Of a DNA stretch of 64,000 nucleotides, positions 9,737 to 19,802 are shown one piece after another; within the stretch, counting starts at the first letter, position 1; every line of letters begins with the position of its first letter. The translations under genes and the position numbers were made by a program. The DNA comes from an uncultured Candidatus Saccharibacteria bacterium. GTDB taxonomy: Bacteria > Patescibacteriota > Minisyncoccia > Phycocordibacterales > UBA9973. The stretch lies in assembly GCA_964474435.1 (NCBI GenBank), contig CAYYSI010000001.1, forward strand, positions 270,835 to 334,834. Direction: 5' to 3'. Below the pieces are notes generated by a model. That model worked only from the letters and a program-made list of their open reading frames with translations, made no database searches and was not told where the DNA came from.

Positions 9737-9961
9737 TTATTTAATTTGCATCCATAGTTCTTTGGCTTTTCTTAAACTATAGCTTTGCCAATTTATTGCC
9801 AGTGGATACAACATAAAACGAAATACCACTATCATTGCAACAATAGCAAGGAAAAGTTTCCAAACATCTGTTGTGAAAAATAATGCTGGAGATCCACATA
9901 TAGTGCATCCAAACATCATTACTGAAAATATCGCAGCGATAACAGAAAGTACTTTTTTCAT
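9737..9961 (-). CDS. Hypothetical small membrane protein (74 aa)
   Basis: The ORF has two predicted hydrophobic helices. Confidence 0.3.
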   Translation of the reverse strand: MKKVLSVIAAIFSVMMFGCTICGSPALFFTTDVWKLFLAIVAMIVVFRFMLYPLAINWQSYSLRKAKELWMQIK

Positions 9962-10068
9962 ATTATTGATTTTTGAGGTTTATGAAAGAACTCCATATAC
10001 TATAGCACCTTTTGTACTACTTGTCAAATACTATTTTTGTGTTGCTATATAAGCTTAGATTTTAAATT

Positions 10069-10581
10069 CTATAGCGCTACTATCTTCATATCTTGCACAA
10101 TTTCGGACCCCCTAGTGATAATTCTTTCTCCAATCTGACCCCAATAAAAATATTTTTTGTAATCTTTTGGATCAATAAGTTTAATTTCAGTTACTGTTCC
10201 AGCTGGGTCAGACTCGAAATCTCCTAGAGGTTCCACTATACAGGCATATCGAAGTTGGTAGATAAAGCTTTGGTCTTTAAGGTTAATTACTTTTTGATAA
10301 CCTATTGGTTTAAAAGAAATTATTTTCATATTTGATTCTTCTTGAACCTCTCTTCGAAGGGTTTGTTCAAAAGTTTCATTTTTTTCAATTCTTCCTCCTA
10401 TCAAACCCCAACTTTTACCATTACCGCCAAAATACCCAAAAGCAACAATCAGTTTGTCTTTGTAAAAACAAACTCCGTATGTTTGCTTGCATTTCTCATA
10501 TTCAAGATTGTCGAAATTATCAGCATCTTGATACTCAAATACATATTCTGGTTCAGCTCTAAATGGTTCAGTTATCTTCAT
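10069..10581 (-). CDS. NUDIX hydrolase
   Basis: Nudix box GGRIEKNETFEQTLRREVQEESN (G.5E.7REUXEEXGU). Confidence 0.7.
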   Translation of the reverse strand: MKITEPFRAEPEYVFEYQDADNFDNLEYEKCKQTYGVCFYKDKLIVAFGYFGGNGKSWGLIGGRIEKNETFEQTLRREVQEESNMKIISFKPIGYQKVINLKDQSFIYQLRYACIVEPLGDFESDPAGTVTEIKLIDPKDYKKYFYWGQIGERIITRGSEIVQDMKIVAL

Positions 10582-10590
10582 AGTTATTGC

Positions 10591-11580
10591 TTAGATCCTG
10601 AATTCAATCACATCCCCGTCCGTCACGATATATTCTTTGCCTTCTGTGCGGACTTTGCCGCGGGACTTTGCTTCGGCATAGCTTCCTGACTCGATGAGAT
10701 CAGTGTATGCAACGACTTCGGCGCGGATGAATTTATCTTTGAAGTCTGTATGGATCGCAGTACCAGCGATCGGCGCAGTGCTGCCTACCTGTATCGTCCA
10801 CGCGCGACTCTCGTCTGCCCCAGTCGTAAAGAATGTTTCAAGTCCGAGAAGTTTGTACGCCTCGACGATCAGATCATCAAATCCTTTTTCAAATACACTA
10901 TCGATCCTTACAAACGGACCAGGTACTGCGAACTCCACATTTTCATTTGCTTCAGACGTGTTGAGCACATAGAGCATTGGTTTGAGCGTGAGGAGGTTGA
11001 GTGATTTGATCTTGAACTTTTCTTCATCAGTGAGCCCGACCGTGCTTGCGAGCTGCCCTGCTTCGAGAGCGGTATTTATTTTTTGCACGATAGAGTCTTC
11101 GTAGATTGCATCCTTATCGCCTTTCTTTACGTCCTTGGCGAGTGTTCCAATACGTTTGGATATAATCTCCATATCAGAGAGAATGAGCTCAAGGTTGATG
11201 ACGTCGATGTCAGAGAGTGGATTGATAGCATTTGCAACATGGATCACTGATGGGTCTTGGAAGACACGCACGACGTGTGCGATCGCATCAACTTCACGGA
11301 TGTTGGTGAGGAATTTATTGCCCAAACCTTCGCCCTTCGACGCTCCTGCCACCAGTCCTGCAATGTCGACGAACTCAATCGCTGCAGGAATCGTCTTGGC
11401 ACTCTGTGAAAAGTCTGAGAGCTTTTGCAAACGCTCATCTGGTACTGGCACGATACCCACACTTGGATCGATCGTACAAAATGGATAGTTCTCTGCCGGC
11501 ACTGACTTCTTGGTCAACGCATTAAACAACGTCGATTTGCCGACGTTTGGAAGCCCGACGATGCCTATAGATAAACTCAT
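10591..11580 (-). CDS. ychF: Ribosome-binding ATPase YchF (Obg-family GTPase)
   Basis: G1 motif GIVGLPNVGKSTLFNALT, then the YchF coiled-coil insert and a C-terminal TGS domain (EAKSRGKVRTEGKEYIVTDGDVIEFRI). Confidence 0.9.
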   Translation of the reverse strand: MSLSIGIVGLPNVGKSTLFNALTKKSVPAENYPFCTIDPSVGIVPVPDERLQKLSDFSQSAKTIPAAIEFVDIAGLVAGASKGEGLGNKFLTNIREVDAIAHVVRVFQDPSVIHVANAINPLSDIDVINLELILSDMEIISKRIGTLAKDVKKGDKDAIYEDSIVQKINTALEAGQLASTVGLTDEEKFKIKSLNLLTLKPMLYVLNTSEANENVEFAVPGPFVRIDSVFEKGFDDLIVEAYKLLGLETFFTTGADESRAWTIQVGSTAPIAGTAIHTDFKDKFIRAEVVAYTDLIESGSYAEAKSRGKVRTEGKEYIVTDGDVIEFRI

Positions 11581-11611
11581 AGGTTTGGATAATACCAGAT
11601 TTGGGCAAATA

Positions 11612-11640
11612 AAAAAACCGCCTTTTTATCAGCGGTTAAT
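11612..11640 (-). terminator. Rho-independent terminator (AACCGC-loop-GCGGTT + T7 on the minus strand)
   Basis: Located 3' of the 11662-12117 minus-strand gene. Confidence 0.5.
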
Positions 11641-11661
11641 TTCATAATAATTCTAACACTG

Positions 11662-12117
11662 TTAGACACCCAGTTGAGATTCGAAGAAATTCTCTTTTAC
11701 CTTTTCTTTTTCATCGCCGTCAATTTCATTAAATAACCAAAAAAATGTTTTCTTTCTACCAGGCACGTTGGCATAGTGCTTTTTTGTAATTTCACGATCC
11801 CGAATGGTTGCATGTCCATCAAAGTAAAGATCAATCAACTTCATCTTACCTCTATGATAGTAGCAAAAAATATTATGTCCTATTTGCAAAGAACAATGCA
11901 TCCTTGGCTCTTCTCCAAAATATTCCCTAACCTCACGAAATACTCGTTTGGTTATTTTTTTGGAGTCAGTGAGGTTTTTGTCATCCGAAAGAAGTTGATT
12001 GATCCACTTTTGAACCAATCGCCTTCCTTTAAACATATAGAGGGAATATTGTGCTGAGAATTCTGGACTTCCTTTTAAAAATAAAGCCCATAACTTGCCT
12101 TTTGTTTTTATAAGCAT
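11662..12117 (-). CDS. Hypothetical protein (151 aa) with a possible HEPN-like R-x5-H motif
   Basis: The only basis is the IRDREITKKH motif, which is weak. It sits in an AT-rich block. Confidence 0.35.
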   Translation of the reverse strand: MLIKTKGKLWALFLKGSPEFSAQYSLYMFKGRRLVQKWINQLLSDDKNLTDSKKITKRVFREVREYFGEEPRMHCSLQIGHNIFCYYHRGKMKLIDLYFDGHATIRDREITKKHYANVPGRKKTFFWLFNEIDGDEKEKVKENFFESQLGV

Positions 12118-12236
12118 AAAGAACTGTTTTAGGTTTTTATAGTACCATATTAAGCTTGACTAGTCAATACATTTGTGCTATACTACATTAAACCAAAAAC
12201 TGGGAGGAGCTGACCCAGAGACAAACAGCAAGTACT

Positions 12237-12620
12237 ATGGCAAATGAATTAATAATCAGGGTTTCAAAGAAAAGAACAGTAAACAATAACTTTTCTTTTA
12301 ATTTCGACACCAACCTTCCCTCTAACGCTCACAGTGTTCAGTTGCCTGAATCTGGGATACTTCCAGAAACAGAAAGTGTAGAACGTGAGGTTATCGAGCA
12401 GCAAGTGAAAAGTACGCTTGATGTGATATTTTGTTTAGCAAAAAGTCATTTCAATGCAACAGGTGCAATGAGGTTTAAATTACTATTTAGTGATAAATAT
12501 GTTGGAACTGGTCTCATTGCTGTTGGTGAACAAAGGATTGAAACCCATAGAGAAATATCAATTCCAATGTTAGGAACAGAAGCATCATTTATATTTTGCT
12601 GTATGCCTAATCGTTGTTAA
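12237..12620 (+). CDS. Hypothetical protein (127 aa)
   Basis: An ORF preceded by a TTGACT..TATACT promoter. No family recognised. Confidence 0.35.
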   Translation: MANELIIRVSKKRTVNNNFSFNFDTNLPSNAHSVQLPESGILPETESVEREVIEQQVKSTLDVIFCLAKSHFNATGAMRFKLLFSDKYVGTGLIAVGEQRIETHREISIPMLGTEASFIFCCMPNRC

Positions 12621-12729
12621 AGTGATAAATAAGGGATGTGAACAATAGTAGCATCCCTTCATTATTCAGTTCATAACTTCGGTTATGGGTTGATTGTGAA
12701 ATACATTCGTTCATTCAAAAGTCTAAATA

Positions 12730-13257
12730 ATGGAGCAAATATTCAAATTCTGTTACCACAACTGGTACATATTCTTCACTGGAATTATCTTCACTTACCT
12801 TGCAGTATTCCCTTTTTTAAGATCAAGAATACCGCAAATAAGATTACTGGGACTTATTGCGATGCTTTGGCCGCTCGGTAAAGTTTTGCAGTACACGCAC
12901 TTTGGGAGTACCCTTATTAGAAGCTACATATCAGATATTGGGTTTGCAACAGCTCTAGGACTTTTTATCGCCTACAGATTTCTTGCTGAAATAAAATCCT
13001 ATTCGTCCAATCGGTATGAATTCAGGGTAAACCTTAAGTTGAGTCTACTATACGGCATAAGCATAGGTTTCTTCTTTGCGGTATTGATAGAAGGGGCTCA
13101 GATGATAATGGACTATTTCAACTACCAGAAGGTTGGACATCTATCTCAGGGAGCACGTGGAGACATAAACGACATGGTTGTATATCTCCTTTCCACTATG
13201 GTTTCCATAGTGATAGTGCAACATATCGATGTATGTCCGAGATTGAAGCAAGCTTAG
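12730..13257 (+). CDS. VanZ-like membrane protein
   Basis: It has four hydrophobic helices and a C-terminal ARGDINDMVVYLLS motif resembling the VanZ family GxxDDxxxNxxG. Confidence 0.4.
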   Translation: MEQIFKFCYHNWYIFFTGIIFTYLAVFPFLRSRIPQIRLLGLIAMLWPLGKVLQYTHFGSTLIRSYISDIGFATALGLFIAYRFLAEIKSYSSNRYEFRVNLKLSLLYGISIGFFFAVLIEGAQMIMDYFNYQKVGHLSQGARGDINDMVVYLLSTMVSIVIVQHIDVCPRLKQA

Positions 13258-13279
13258 CAGAAAATACCAGGACAAAAAA

Positions 13280-13308
13280 TTTAAAGCCAACCAGAAACGG
13301 TTGGCTTT
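13280..13308. terminator. Bidirectional terminator between convergent genes (AAGCCAACC-loop-GGTTGGCTT)
   Basis: A 9-bp stem flanked by an A-run and a T-run. Confidence 0.5.
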
Positions 13309-13309
13309 T

Positions 13310-13612
13310 TTACTTCCCCATCAACTTCATCAGCGGTGCAAGCTCATCGCGATATTTTGCGATTTCTGCCTTATGCTTTTCCATGACGGATACTGCGGCG
13401 TACATTTCTGCCATACCTCCTTTTTTCTTTTCTTCGATTTCTTTTTGGATCGTTTCAAAGAGTGCTTTGACTTCTGTATTGGATTCAAGGGCCTTTAAAC
13501 TTGCGGCAAGTTCAGGATTTTCTGAGAGCTGCTGTGCAATAGCCTCAGCCTGATCTTTCGGGACCCCCTTCATTTGGAGGGTTTTTTTGATGAAAAATGA
13601 TTTGATTCCCAT
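13310..13612 (-). CDS. Hypothetical helical protein (100 aa)
   Basis: ORF-track ORF with no family recognised. Confidence 0.4.
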   Translation of the reverse strand: MGIKSFFIKKTLQMKGVPKDQAEAIAQQLSENPELAASLKALESNTEVKALFETIQKEIEEKKKGGMAEMYAAVSVMEKHKAEIAKYRDELAPLMKLMGK

Positions 13613-13686
13613 AGAGCCTTACTATACCCCGCCGGTATGTTTTTATCAAACCTGGCGGGCGGGCAAAAAAGGGCTATACTCACACT

Positions 13687-14265
13687 ATGACCCCATCCGA
13701 AGGACTCCTAGAGCTCCATGAACACTGGGCCGCACTCAATACTTGTGAACTAAAGGCGACAGCAAGCCGTGCAGTCTTTGGCAATGGGAACGCTCAAGCA
13801 GATGTCGTATTCATCGGCGAAGCACCTGGCAAGAAAGAAGATGAAACTGGGATACCATTCGTCGGTGCTGCAGGCAAGTTCCTAAATGAAATGCTCGAAA
13901 GTATCGGCATGGTCCGCGACGACATCTATATCACCAACATCGTCAAATACCGCCCACCCAACAACCGCGATCCAGAGCCCGCAGAAAAAGAGGCTTGCAA
14001 GGAATGGCTCCATGCTGAGCTCGACTTCATCAACCCCAAACTCATAGTGTTTCTCGGGCGACACTCGATGAATCATTTCTTTCCCACTGAAAAGATATCT
14101 GATGTGCACGGCAAATTACTCGTGAAGAAATTCCCCGGTATCACTACCACTCATTTCCTGCCGCTGTATCACCCCGCAGCCGCACTCTACAATGGCGGCC
14201 TCCGCGACGAACTTATGCATGATTTCAAAAAGATACCGTTGGCATTGAAGAAAATTGGGGAATAA
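13687..14265 (+). CDS. udg: Uracil-DNA glycosylase, family 4
   Basis: [27 protein letters not shown] and [13 protein letters not shown] match family-4 UDG motifs. Confidence 0.8.
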   Translation: MTPSEGLLELHEHWAALNTCELKATASRAVFGNGNAQADVVFIGEAPGKKEDETGIPFVGAAGKFLNEMLESIGMVRDDIYITNIVKYRPPNNRDPEPAEKEACKEWLHAELDFINPKLIVFLGRHSMNHFFPTEKISDVHGKLLVKKFPGITTTHFLPLYHPAAALYNGGLRDELMHDFKKIPLALKKIGE

Positions 14266-14302
14266 AAAATGTGGAAATGAATTTCATTTCCACATCATTA
14301 AT

Positions 14303-15082
14303 CTACTTTACTTCGAAAGAACTGTACACTTCATCTCTTTTTCTTGCTCTGCGCTCTGGACTGGTTGCATTCAACACTCTTTGCCAACTGAGCACAAGGC
14401 GTTGGCGCAAAGGAGCTTTCACTACCTTTTTCTTTACCCGTGGTATTTGTTCAACCGGATAAAATGTTCCCTTACTAGGAGTCTTTTCTGGTAACCCATT
14501 AGGAAACGCACTTTCTCTGTTGGAGGGGATTGTTTTCGTACGCAAGAATCCTGCGGTTGGTATTAATTTCTCACGCACACCTGAAGTGCTTTGATAAAAA
14601 ATCACTCCCTGTGAGGACTGTTCTTCTTCCTGATGTTTAAGTTCTTCTTTTTTTAGGAAAACTTTTTCAAACCCAGCAGATTCTTTTGAGACTGATACTT
14701 CCATAGAATCAAAAAGTTTTTTTACTTCCTTCATTGACTGTGTCTTCCCTATGGTACGAGTACCATCAGGTCCGGTGATATCAAGCTCTTCAACCTGCAG
14801 TTCTGCTTTATAAAACTCAACAGCATCATATTTTGCAATGAAGTTACCATTTCTTTTTATAAAGATAATCTGATCAATTGGAGGGAGCCCTTTGCCTTTG
14901 ATATCAGCACATTGAATAAATTCAACACTCTTTCGTGGCGTAAATGTCACAAAGGTAAGTTCGTCTTTTTCAACTATGGTAATATCAAATTTCTTTAGCG
15001 ATGCTCTCAGTGAAAGTAAGGTGTAGTAATACAGAAATAGGCCAGAGACTGACGAAAGTTCTTTTTGTTGTTCAATTATCAT
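14303..15082 (-). CDS. Hypothetical N-terminally anchored membrane protein with a basic C-terminal tail
   Basis: ORF with an N-terminal TM segment. No confident family. Confidence 0.4.
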   Translation of the reverse strand: MIIEQQKELSSVSGLFLYYYTLLSLRASLKKFDITIVEKDELTFVTFTPRKSVEFIQCADIKGKGLPPIDQIIFIKRNGNFIAKYDAVEFYKAELQVEELDITGPDGTRTIGKTQSMKEVKKLFDSMEVSVSKESAGFEKVFLKKEELKHQEEEQSSQGVIFYQSTSGVREKLIPTAGFLRTKTIPSNRESAFPNGLPEKTPSKGTFYPVEQIPRVKKKVVKAPLRQRLVLSWQRVLNATSPERRARKRDEVYSSFEVK

Positions 15083-15132
15083 AGTGCTTAGTTTTTCAGC
15101 ATTATACTGAAACGCACCAAATAGTCAATACA

Positions 15133-15900
15133 CTACAGCTTCTTGAGTTCCAGTGCCAAAAACATTGGGAATTCTTTGCGGGCAGTGTCTTCGGCGGCCT
15201 GTTTGGGGCCTGGTTGTGATTTCTTGTGCGAAATCCATTCTTCCATTCCAGTTATAACGAATCCGGCGGCCTTAAACGCCTTGGCATACCATTGGAGCGA
15301 GCGATGAAAAGTGGTTGTCGTATCCTTTTTGGCACCTTTGAAGGGTGAGAGCTCGATAGGTATAGATATTTCTGAAAGGTACTTTTCTACTTTGCGATAT
15401 TGCACCGCCTTTTTGCTGTCATAGCCCCAGTCAGAGTGCTGTGGGATGCGAAATGCTGGATGAAGCATGACAAGGACAAACTTCCCTTCCTTTTTCAAAG
15501 CACTTGCGACTCCAGTGAGCACTGCGCCAATATTTTTTATATTTTCAAATGCGAGAACGCTATATGCAGTATCAAACGATTTCAATTTCAATGCATCGAT
15601 CTTTTCTGCATTGCCGACGACGTACGTTTCGTCCTCCCCTTTTCGTTCAATTGCTTTTGCAATGAGCTCTGCCGATTGATCAAACCCCACAACACTCGCA
15701 CCTATTTTTGCAACAAGACGTGCAAAATACCCTTGTCCACAGGCAACATCAAGGACTCGGTCGCCTGATTTCAACGCGAGCATACGCATGAGGTTGGGTG
15801 CAATGACTTTTTCTTGGTAGGTATCACTTCCATTTTCGAGATAGCCGTCATACCAACTCGCGACATTGTCCCAGTGCGTGTTATTCATACGTAGATCCAT
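15133..15900 (-). CDS. Class I SAM-dependent methyltransferase
   Basis: Motif I VLDVACGQGYF, with later SAM-MTase blocks. The start is chosen at MDLRMNNTHWDNVASWYD. Confidence 0.7.
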   Translation of the reverse strand: MDLRMNNTHWDNVASWYDGYLENGSDTYQEKVIAPNLMRMLALKSGDRVLDVACGQGYFARLVAKIGASVVGFDQSAELIAKAIERKGEDETYVVGNAEKIDALKLKSFDTAYSVLAFENIKNIGAVLTGVASALKKEGKFVLVMLHPAFRIPQHSDWGYDSKKAVQYRKVEKYLSEISIPIELSPFKGAKKDTTTTFHRSLQWYAKAFKAAGFVITGMEEWISHKKSQPGPKQAAEDTARKEFPMFLALELKKL

Positions 15901-17149
15901 TATCGAGCGCGCATCCACCTTTGATCTTGCGATACTTCTTTCCTTTTTGAAATACTGCAAAGACATGTCGCAGTGGCACAATGTGTGTGAAGTATCTAAA
16001 GTCGATCATACTGCGCAGTATCCATGGGATCCATCCAGTCATCACGAAATTTTTGTAGTTCACAATCGCCCAGTTCACGCCGATCGGGATCACAAATGTC
16101 GGACGCTCAGGAATATATATTGGCGTTTTCTTCCCTTTGATGAGTCGATGAATGACTCGAGCGATGAATGCACCGTGTGTGATAGCTGTTTGTGCGAGAC
16201 CGCTGTACATCGTTGCAGCGCCGTCTCCTGCGATAAATATGTGATTGTCTGATGGAAGCGAGAGGTCACTCGATACAACAACTCGCTTGCGCTCATCAAA
16301 TGTTGCCCCAGGAATGGTTGTGTATGCAGTGTTGATACGTGTGCCCGCAGTCCAGACGACCGTGTGAGACGACATCGACATGTCTTTGAGTATGACTTCT
16401 TCGACTTCTTGGGATGCGAGTGCGCGATTGACGAAGATGTTGACACCCATTTTACGCAGACGTGCTTCGGCCTTTTCAGAAACTTTGGGAGGAAGTGTCG
16501 GAAGTACGCGGTTATTCGCTTCGATAAGGTCGATCGTCACGAGGCTTGGATCAACGTTGAAGTCGGTCGCTACACGCGTGAGGTATGATCGCAAATCTCC
16601 AGCAAGCTCAACCCCTGATGGACCACCTCCGACAATGAGCACGTGCAGCATTGAAACCAACTCATCCTTAGTCAGATCTTTTGCATGTGCAAAGAGTTCA
16701 CAAAAATGTGCTTTTAGTTTAAGTGCAGCAGAAACAGATTTGAAACTGTATGAAAGCTCGGGCAAGCCTTTGATATTGAAAAAGTTGGTTTCGCTCCCAA
16801 GTGCGAGCACGAGATAATCGTACTTCACTTCACTCGTCATTCCTGCAGCATCTTTGGTCATGATGACTTGTCGAGTTTGGTCAACACCAGTGTACTCGGC
16901 TTCAATGATTTGAAACTTCTTTGCAGTATTTTTTTGTGGGAAGATAACGTCTAATGGAACTGAAACTTCGATTGGGAGTGCTCCGGTCACGAGCTTGTAC
17001 AGCGCGGGATAGTATTCAAAAAGCGGCTTTTTTGTAACGAGAACAATCTCGACGGGCGTATGGGATTCTTGGAGTGTTTTGATCAGTTCAATACCTGCAA
17101 ATCCGCTTCCAACAACGACGACTCTGGCCCGACTTTCTGGTGATTTCAT
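15881..17149 (-). CDS. ndh: FAD-dependent pyridine nucleotide-disulfide oxidoreductase, type II NADH dehydrogenase-like (NDH-2)
   Basis: Two Rossmann motifs (RVVVVGSGFAGIEL and VLIVGGGPSGVELAGDL) fit the NDH-2 architecture. The start is chosen at MKSPESRA. Confidence 0.7.
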   Translation of the reverse strand: MKSPESRARVVVVGSGFAGIELIKTLQESHTPVEIVLVTKKPLFEYYPALYKLVTGALPIEVSVPLDVIFPQKNTAKKFQIIEAEYTGVDQTRQVIMTKDAAGMTSEVKYDYLVLALGSETNFFNIKGLPELSYSFKSVSAALKLKAHFCELFAHAKDLTKDELVSMLHVLIVGGGPSGVELAGDLRSYLTRVATDFNVDPSLVTIDLIEANNRVLPTLPPKVSEKAEARLRKMGVNIFVNRALASQEVEEVILKDMSMSSHTVVWTAGTRINTAYTTIPGATFDERKRVVVSSDLSLPSDNHIFIAGDGAATMYSGLAQTAITHGAFIARVIHRLIKGKKTPIYIPERPTFVIPIGVNWAIVNYKNFVMTGWIPWILRSMIDFRYFTHIVPLRHVFAVFQKGKKYRKIKGGCALDNGSTYE

Positions 17150-17178
17150 GACCTCTAGTATAGCCTGCGAGCCCGATC

Positions 17179-17742
17179 GTGTATACTTGTAAGGTGGAAC
17201 GCTCCCAATCGTCACAAGAGAAGACTGATCCAAGACAACAAGATCTCGACAAGGAAGCGTTATTTTTGGGGTTTATCAAGGACTTCCAAGACGCAATCTT
17301 CCGATTTGTATACTTTCGGGTAGGTACTCGTGCTGTCGCAGTCGACATCACCCAAGACACCTTTACCAAGGTCTGGAGCTATCTAGCTTCGGGCAAGGAT
17401 ATACAGTATCCGGAGGCATTTTTATACCGAGCGGCGAAAAACGCGCTTGTCGATTATTACAAAAAGGCTAAAAGCGGTTCGCTCGACACCATGCTCGAGG
17501 GAGGGTTTGATCCGGCATCTCACAAAGATACCGACGAGATCCTCCGAGAAGACGACATCCAAAGCATTCGGACAATCCTCGAAGACCTGGATGAAGAAAG
17601 TCGTCAAATCATCTTTCTCCGATATACCGAAGAAAAGCCGATCGAAGAAATCGCGGATCTCTATGGCAAAAGCGTGAATGCCATGACGGTGCAGATACAT
17701 CGCATCATCAAAAAACTCCGTACCCAATACAATGAAGTATAA
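17179..17742 (+). CDS. ECF-type RNA polymerase sigma factor (sigma-70 family regions 2 and 4); start uncertain, GTG in the ORF track
   Basis: Region 2 (FLGFIKDFQDAIFRFVYFRVG..AVDITQDTF) and region 4 (ESRQIIFLRYTEEKPIEEIADLYGKSVNAMTVQIHRIIKKLR) are present. Confidence 0.7.
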   Translation: MYTCKVERSQSSQEKTDPRQQDLDKEALFLGFIKDFQDAIFRFVYFRVGTRAVAVDITQDTFTKVWSYLASGKDIQYPEAFLYRAAKNALVDYYKKAKSGSLDTMLEGGFDPASHKDTDEILREDDIQSIRTILEDLDEESRQIIFLRYTEEKPIEEIADLYGKSVNAMTVQIHRIIKKLRTQYNEV

Positions 17743-18466
17743 TTTTGAACAATTGAACAGACTCAAATCCCTCACCCTAAGCGAGGAAGAAAAAGGGCGT
17801 ATTCGATCGCACGCCGCATTTGTGATCATGAACACTCCGGCATCATCTCGTGCAGTACGCCCGCTCTTTCAGCGTGGGATGTATCACGGACTGCGCATTG
17901 CTCTTTCGAGCTTTGCATTCTTTCTTTTTGTGGGCGGATCAGTGTCAGCAGTCGCAGATAGTGCACTTCCTGGAGACTCACTCTACCCAGTCAAGATCGC
18001 GTTTAATGAACGTGTAAAAGAAATGTTCCAAAAGACACCCGAAGAAAAAGTGGCATATGGCACAAAGCGAGTTGAAAACCGCGTCAATGAAATCAAAACC
18101 CTTGCTGCATCAAAGACATTGACCAAAGCAAAGCAAGAAACAGTACAAAAAGCTCTTGATAGTCATATCAAAGATCTCTCGACTGATCTCAATGCACTTA
18201 GTACAACTGCACCAACTGCCGCGCTCACTGCAACAACAAACCTCGAAGAAAGTCTCAAGGCAAGTAAGGCTATCTTGGAAAAGAGTGAAGACCTCGCAGG
18301 TAAAGAAGAAGCTCTCCTCGCCGTTGATGGCACACTCCAAAAAGTTTCTGACCAAGAAGTAAAAATTATTTCAAAAGAAATCGACAGTATTGCAACTGAT
18401 GTAAACACGACAACTGTTGGCACAACCACTACAGCTCCTGCTCCGAGTACTCCTGTCGGGCCGTAA
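17732..18466 (+). CDS. Putative anti-sigma factor / DUF5667-like membrane protein
   Basis: It overlaps the end of the sigma factor. It has one TM helix and an LPGDSLYPVK motif resembling DUF5667, then a long helical domain and a Thr-rich tail. Confidence 0.45.
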   Translation: MKYNFEQLNRLKSLTLSEEEKGRIRSHAAFVIMNTPASSRAVRPLFQRGMYHGLRIALSSFAFFLFVGGSVSAVADSALPGDSLYPVKIAFNERVKEMFQKTPEEKVAYGTKRVENRVNEIKTLAASKTLTKAKQETVQKALDSHIKDLSTDLNALSTTAPTAALTATTNLEESLKASKAILEKSEDLAGKEEALLAVDGTLQKVSDQEVKIISKEIDSIATDVNTTTVGTTTTAPAPSTPVGP

Positions 18467-19790
18467 TACGCTCAAGGAGTATCGACAAGCCGATAACGAA
18501 AAGCGCAACCGCACCAAATATATATGTTTTGGTGCGGTTTCGTATTGGAGTACTTTCACCTGTGCGTGCGTCGCTTGCGTTTGCAACGAGATCATCTGCT
18601 GCCACACCTGCATCAATCGGATCGTACTCAATCGTTTCAGTATTATCAGATATAGTTTTCACCACCTCCGTATTCTGATCACTTCGCGCAACTATTGAGC
18701 CTGACGGGTCAACAAGTGATGCGGTAGCAATAGACGAAATACCAAACGCAGATACGGGTATCACGACCGTTGCCTTCTCTGCGACGATTGTCATGTCAGG
18801 GATCGCAAGTTGTTTGCCGGGCACAACGACCTTCCAGCCCGTAAGGTCGACTGCAGTCGATGACGTATTTTTTATCTGGAGCGCAGTTTTGTCGAGGATG
18901 CCAAGCGATATTGCAGGTGCACTCACGACGATTTTCTTACTACCCTTCAGTGGTGCATTTTTATTGATAGCATCACTATATGCATATGATACGGTGTACG
19001 TGCCCGGATATGTATACGTGTGCGTGATGGGCGCGACAGTACGCTGCGAGATAGTCGTCCCGTCCCCCATGTTCCAATAGATACTGCCTTCGTTGAGCTG
19101 ATAGTTGTATTCAAGCAGTGGCCTTGCGTCAAATTCGTAGCTTACACCACGATATATCGTAGATGGAACAATAAATGCAATACCTGGTTTGTTGGGCGAT
19201 ACTTTGGGGATAGGATACGGATCTTCAGGGACTTCTTCTTCAGACGCATCAGGCTCATCAGAAGTGCTGGTGCCCGTAGCCTCTCCTGCCGCAGCTTTTG
19301 GCGTTGCAGCTCCCGTGATCCATTTGTCGCCATTCCATTGCATGGTGTGTTTGCTCGTTGCATCCCCTGCTGGCCAACCACCCAGATAGTTGAGTTCTTC
19401 GGCTGTAGCACCACTCGCGTCTTTGAGCACGAGGTCTTCTCCAGTGTTCGCAAACCCTCCGCCACCAAATGATCCTGATTCGTCATTGATGCCAGGTACT
19501 GCATCCGGTGCGCTTGCAGTTGTGCGCTCAAGCAAGAGATAGCTATTTGCAGCAATGCTTTTGGTAAACGTAAAGACAAGTGCGCCACCATCACCTTCGT
19601 AGAGTTTCCACCCGGCGAGGTTCACTGAACTCTGCCCATCGTTATAGAGCTCGATCCATTCACTATACTGACTACTCGCAGTGCCCATCCATGCGACTTC
19701 GGTAATCTGTACATCTGCATGTACTAGTTGAGGTACCAAAACGATACAACATGCCAAGAGAAAATATCTCATACCGAAAAAGTATGACAT
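18429..19790 (-). CDS. Lamin-tail-domain (LTD) secreted or surface protein with a C-terminal TM anchor
   Basis: It has a signal peptide and two LTD-like modules (ITEVAWMG...SEWIELYNDGQSSVNLAGWKL, plus a second LTD-like module), an acidic linker and a C-terminal hydrophobic helix. Confidence 0.6.
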   Translation of the reverse strand: MSYFFGMRYFLLACCIVLVPQLVHADVQITEVAWMGTASSQYSEWIELYNDGQSSVNLAGWKLYEGDGGALVFTFTKSIAANSYLLLERTTASAPDAVPGINDESGSFGGGGFANTGEDLVLKDASGATAEELNYLGGWPAGDATSKHTMQWNGDKWITGAATPKAAAGEATGTSTSDEPDASEEEVPEDPYPIPKVSPNKPGIAFIVPSTIYRGVSYEFDARPLLEYNYQLNEGSIYWNMGDGTTISQRTVAPITHTYTYPGTYTVSYAYSDAINKNAPLKGSKKIVVSAPAISLGILDKTALQIKNTSSTAVDLTGWKVVVPGKQLAIPDMTIVAEKATVVIPVSAFGISSIATASLVDPSGSIVARSDQNTEVVKTISDNTETIEYDPIDAGVAADDLVANASDARTGESTPIRNRTKTYIFGAVALFVIGLSILLERITARQEYSEQEL

Positions 19791-19802
19791 ATTGTCTTAA
19801 AA

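Noticed and set aside
17150-17233. Longer NDH-2 start at 17233 (MDQSSLVTIG...)
   Set aside because: The Rossmann GxGxxG motif begins 9 residues after the internal Met (MKSPESRARVVVVGSG). The extension would collide with the divergent sigma-factor gene.
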